Shown here one piece after another: positions 63,073-64,000 of a DNA stretch of 64,000 nt. The notes under the pieces are model-generated. The model was given only the letters and a program-made list of their open reading frames with translations, was not told where the DNA came from and made no database searches. The stretch is from Bythopirellula sp. (GTDB lineage Bacteria; Planctomycetota; Planctomycetia; Pirellulales; Lacipirellulaceae). The stretch is taken from the NCBI GenBank assembly GCA_965216565.1, contig OZ244170.1, positions 3,360,001-3,424,000 of the forward strand, read 5' to 3'. The position numbers and the translations under genes were made by a program. How positions within the stretch are numbered: position 1 is the first letter of the stretch; each line of letters opens with the position of its first letter.

Positions 63073-64000
63073 ACCGTCCCTGGCAAACCTGGTTGGCGTT
63101 TGCACTGTGCGCGGGTTTAGCGCTTGCCGCCTTAGGATGGCTGACGCACATGGCGGTCCGCGCCGACTTGGCCCAAACCCGATCGAACCGCCTCGCACAG
63201 ATTGAACAGAACATCAGCCTGGTGCTTTGGCGGATGGATACGAAACTGGCCCCCCTCATTGCGGAGGAAGTCGCTCGGCCTGTTTCCTTCTTCAGGAGCG
63301 AGAACAACTTTGCCACGCCGGCAAATAGCCCGTTTGGCGACTTCGACGGCCCTTACGGTGATTTGTTGGAAACGTTACCGGAGAATGTGATTCTCAACTT
63401 TCGCTGTCCCAGCGAAGGGAAATGCGAATCGCCACAAGTGCCCAATTCTGGAGTCTTTGGGCGAACCGAAGAGTCTAAAGTGCGTGCGGAATCGCGGCTC
63501 GACCAACTATCCCAAGAAGTGAGTTTTTCCAAACTGGTCGAGAAACTCGAGGATTTCGCAGAGGAGGAACCTTTCTTCCGCTCCGAGAGTTCGTCTCAAG
63601 AAGTGCTGGATAACAGTTTCGTCGGCAACAAGTTAGCGGAGAAACAACTCAAATTGTCGCCCTCCAAAGGCAAGGCCAGCAGTTTTCAGCAACGGGCCCA
63701 GCGCTACGAAGACGTCACCAAACAACAGCTTCGTTCACGGGGATCAGGACGCGGTGATTACCGAGGCACGGAATCCGGAAGAGGTGGTGGTGAACTTTTT
63801 GGAGGAGAAAGCCGTGAATTTGAAAATGCTCCTGAGCAAGCGCAGCAAGACGCGTCTGCTCCAGTTTCACGTCCGACCATCGTCGAAGGTGTGAGCCGAC
63901 CCATTTGGGTAGACGACAAGCTCTTGCTGGTGCGTCGGGTGGTTGTCGATGGAAACAGCGAGGTCCAAGGGAGTTGGCTCGATTGGGACGGCATCCGCAA
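63069..64000 (+). CDS. Probable cognate sensor histidine kinase (5' part, truncated by window end)
   Basis: ATGA overlap with the regulator stop; MNRPWQTWLAFALCAGLALAALGWL TM helix; frame open to the window end; kinase core not visible. Confidence 0.7.
   Translation, partial: MNRPWQTWLAFALCAGLALAALGWLTHMAVRADLAQTRSNRLAQIEQNISLVLWRMDTKLAPLIAEEVARPVSFFRSENNFATPANSPFGDFDGPYGDLLETLPENVILNFRCPSEGKCESPQVPNSGVFGRTEESKVRAESRLDQLSQEVSFSKLVEKLEDFAEEEPFFRSESSSQEVLDNSFVGNKLAEKQLKLSPSKGKASSFQQRAQRYEDVTKQQLRSRGSGRGDYRGTESGRGGGELFGGESREFENAPEQAQQDASAPVSRPTIVEGVSRPIWVDDKLLLVRRVVVDGNSEVQGSWLDWDGIR

Overview
Bacterial chromosomal window, most likely from a Planctomycete (Pirellulales-like; inferred from PEP-CTERM proteins, a DUF1559-like gene, BBP2-type porin and CsrA-receiver fusion). 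Housekeeping genes (aroC, purC, alaS, nnrE, guaB, a cold-shock gene) are interspersed with accessory blocks. (i) 75-8667: signalling cluster with a CheB-CheR-PAS-kinase-receiver hybrid, an orphan solute-binding protein, a kinase/receiver pair and a CsrA-receiver fusion whose 3' UTR looks like a CsrB/Rsm-type GGA sponge. (ii) 10039-23804: putative cytoplasm-to-surface electron conduit. It comprises a FAD/NAD(P)/2Fe-2S reductase, a tetraheme cytochrome c, a 2x cNMP-binding/4Fe-4S protein, a di-heme-b-like membrane protein and a decaheme cytochrome c, converging on a pentaheme cytochrome + beta-barrel pair (19 CxxCH in total). Several of its leaders carry CsrA-type hairpins. (iii) 44-52 kb: DUF3179/glycosyltransferase/DUF547/Crp block with CRP-like boxes. 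(iv) An atypical class III cyclase-Ser/Thr kinase-Cache receptor. Several small repeat/MITE families and a decayed IS200-type transposase with a non-autonomous derivative are also present. All calls come from reading sequence motifs only; no database searches were run.
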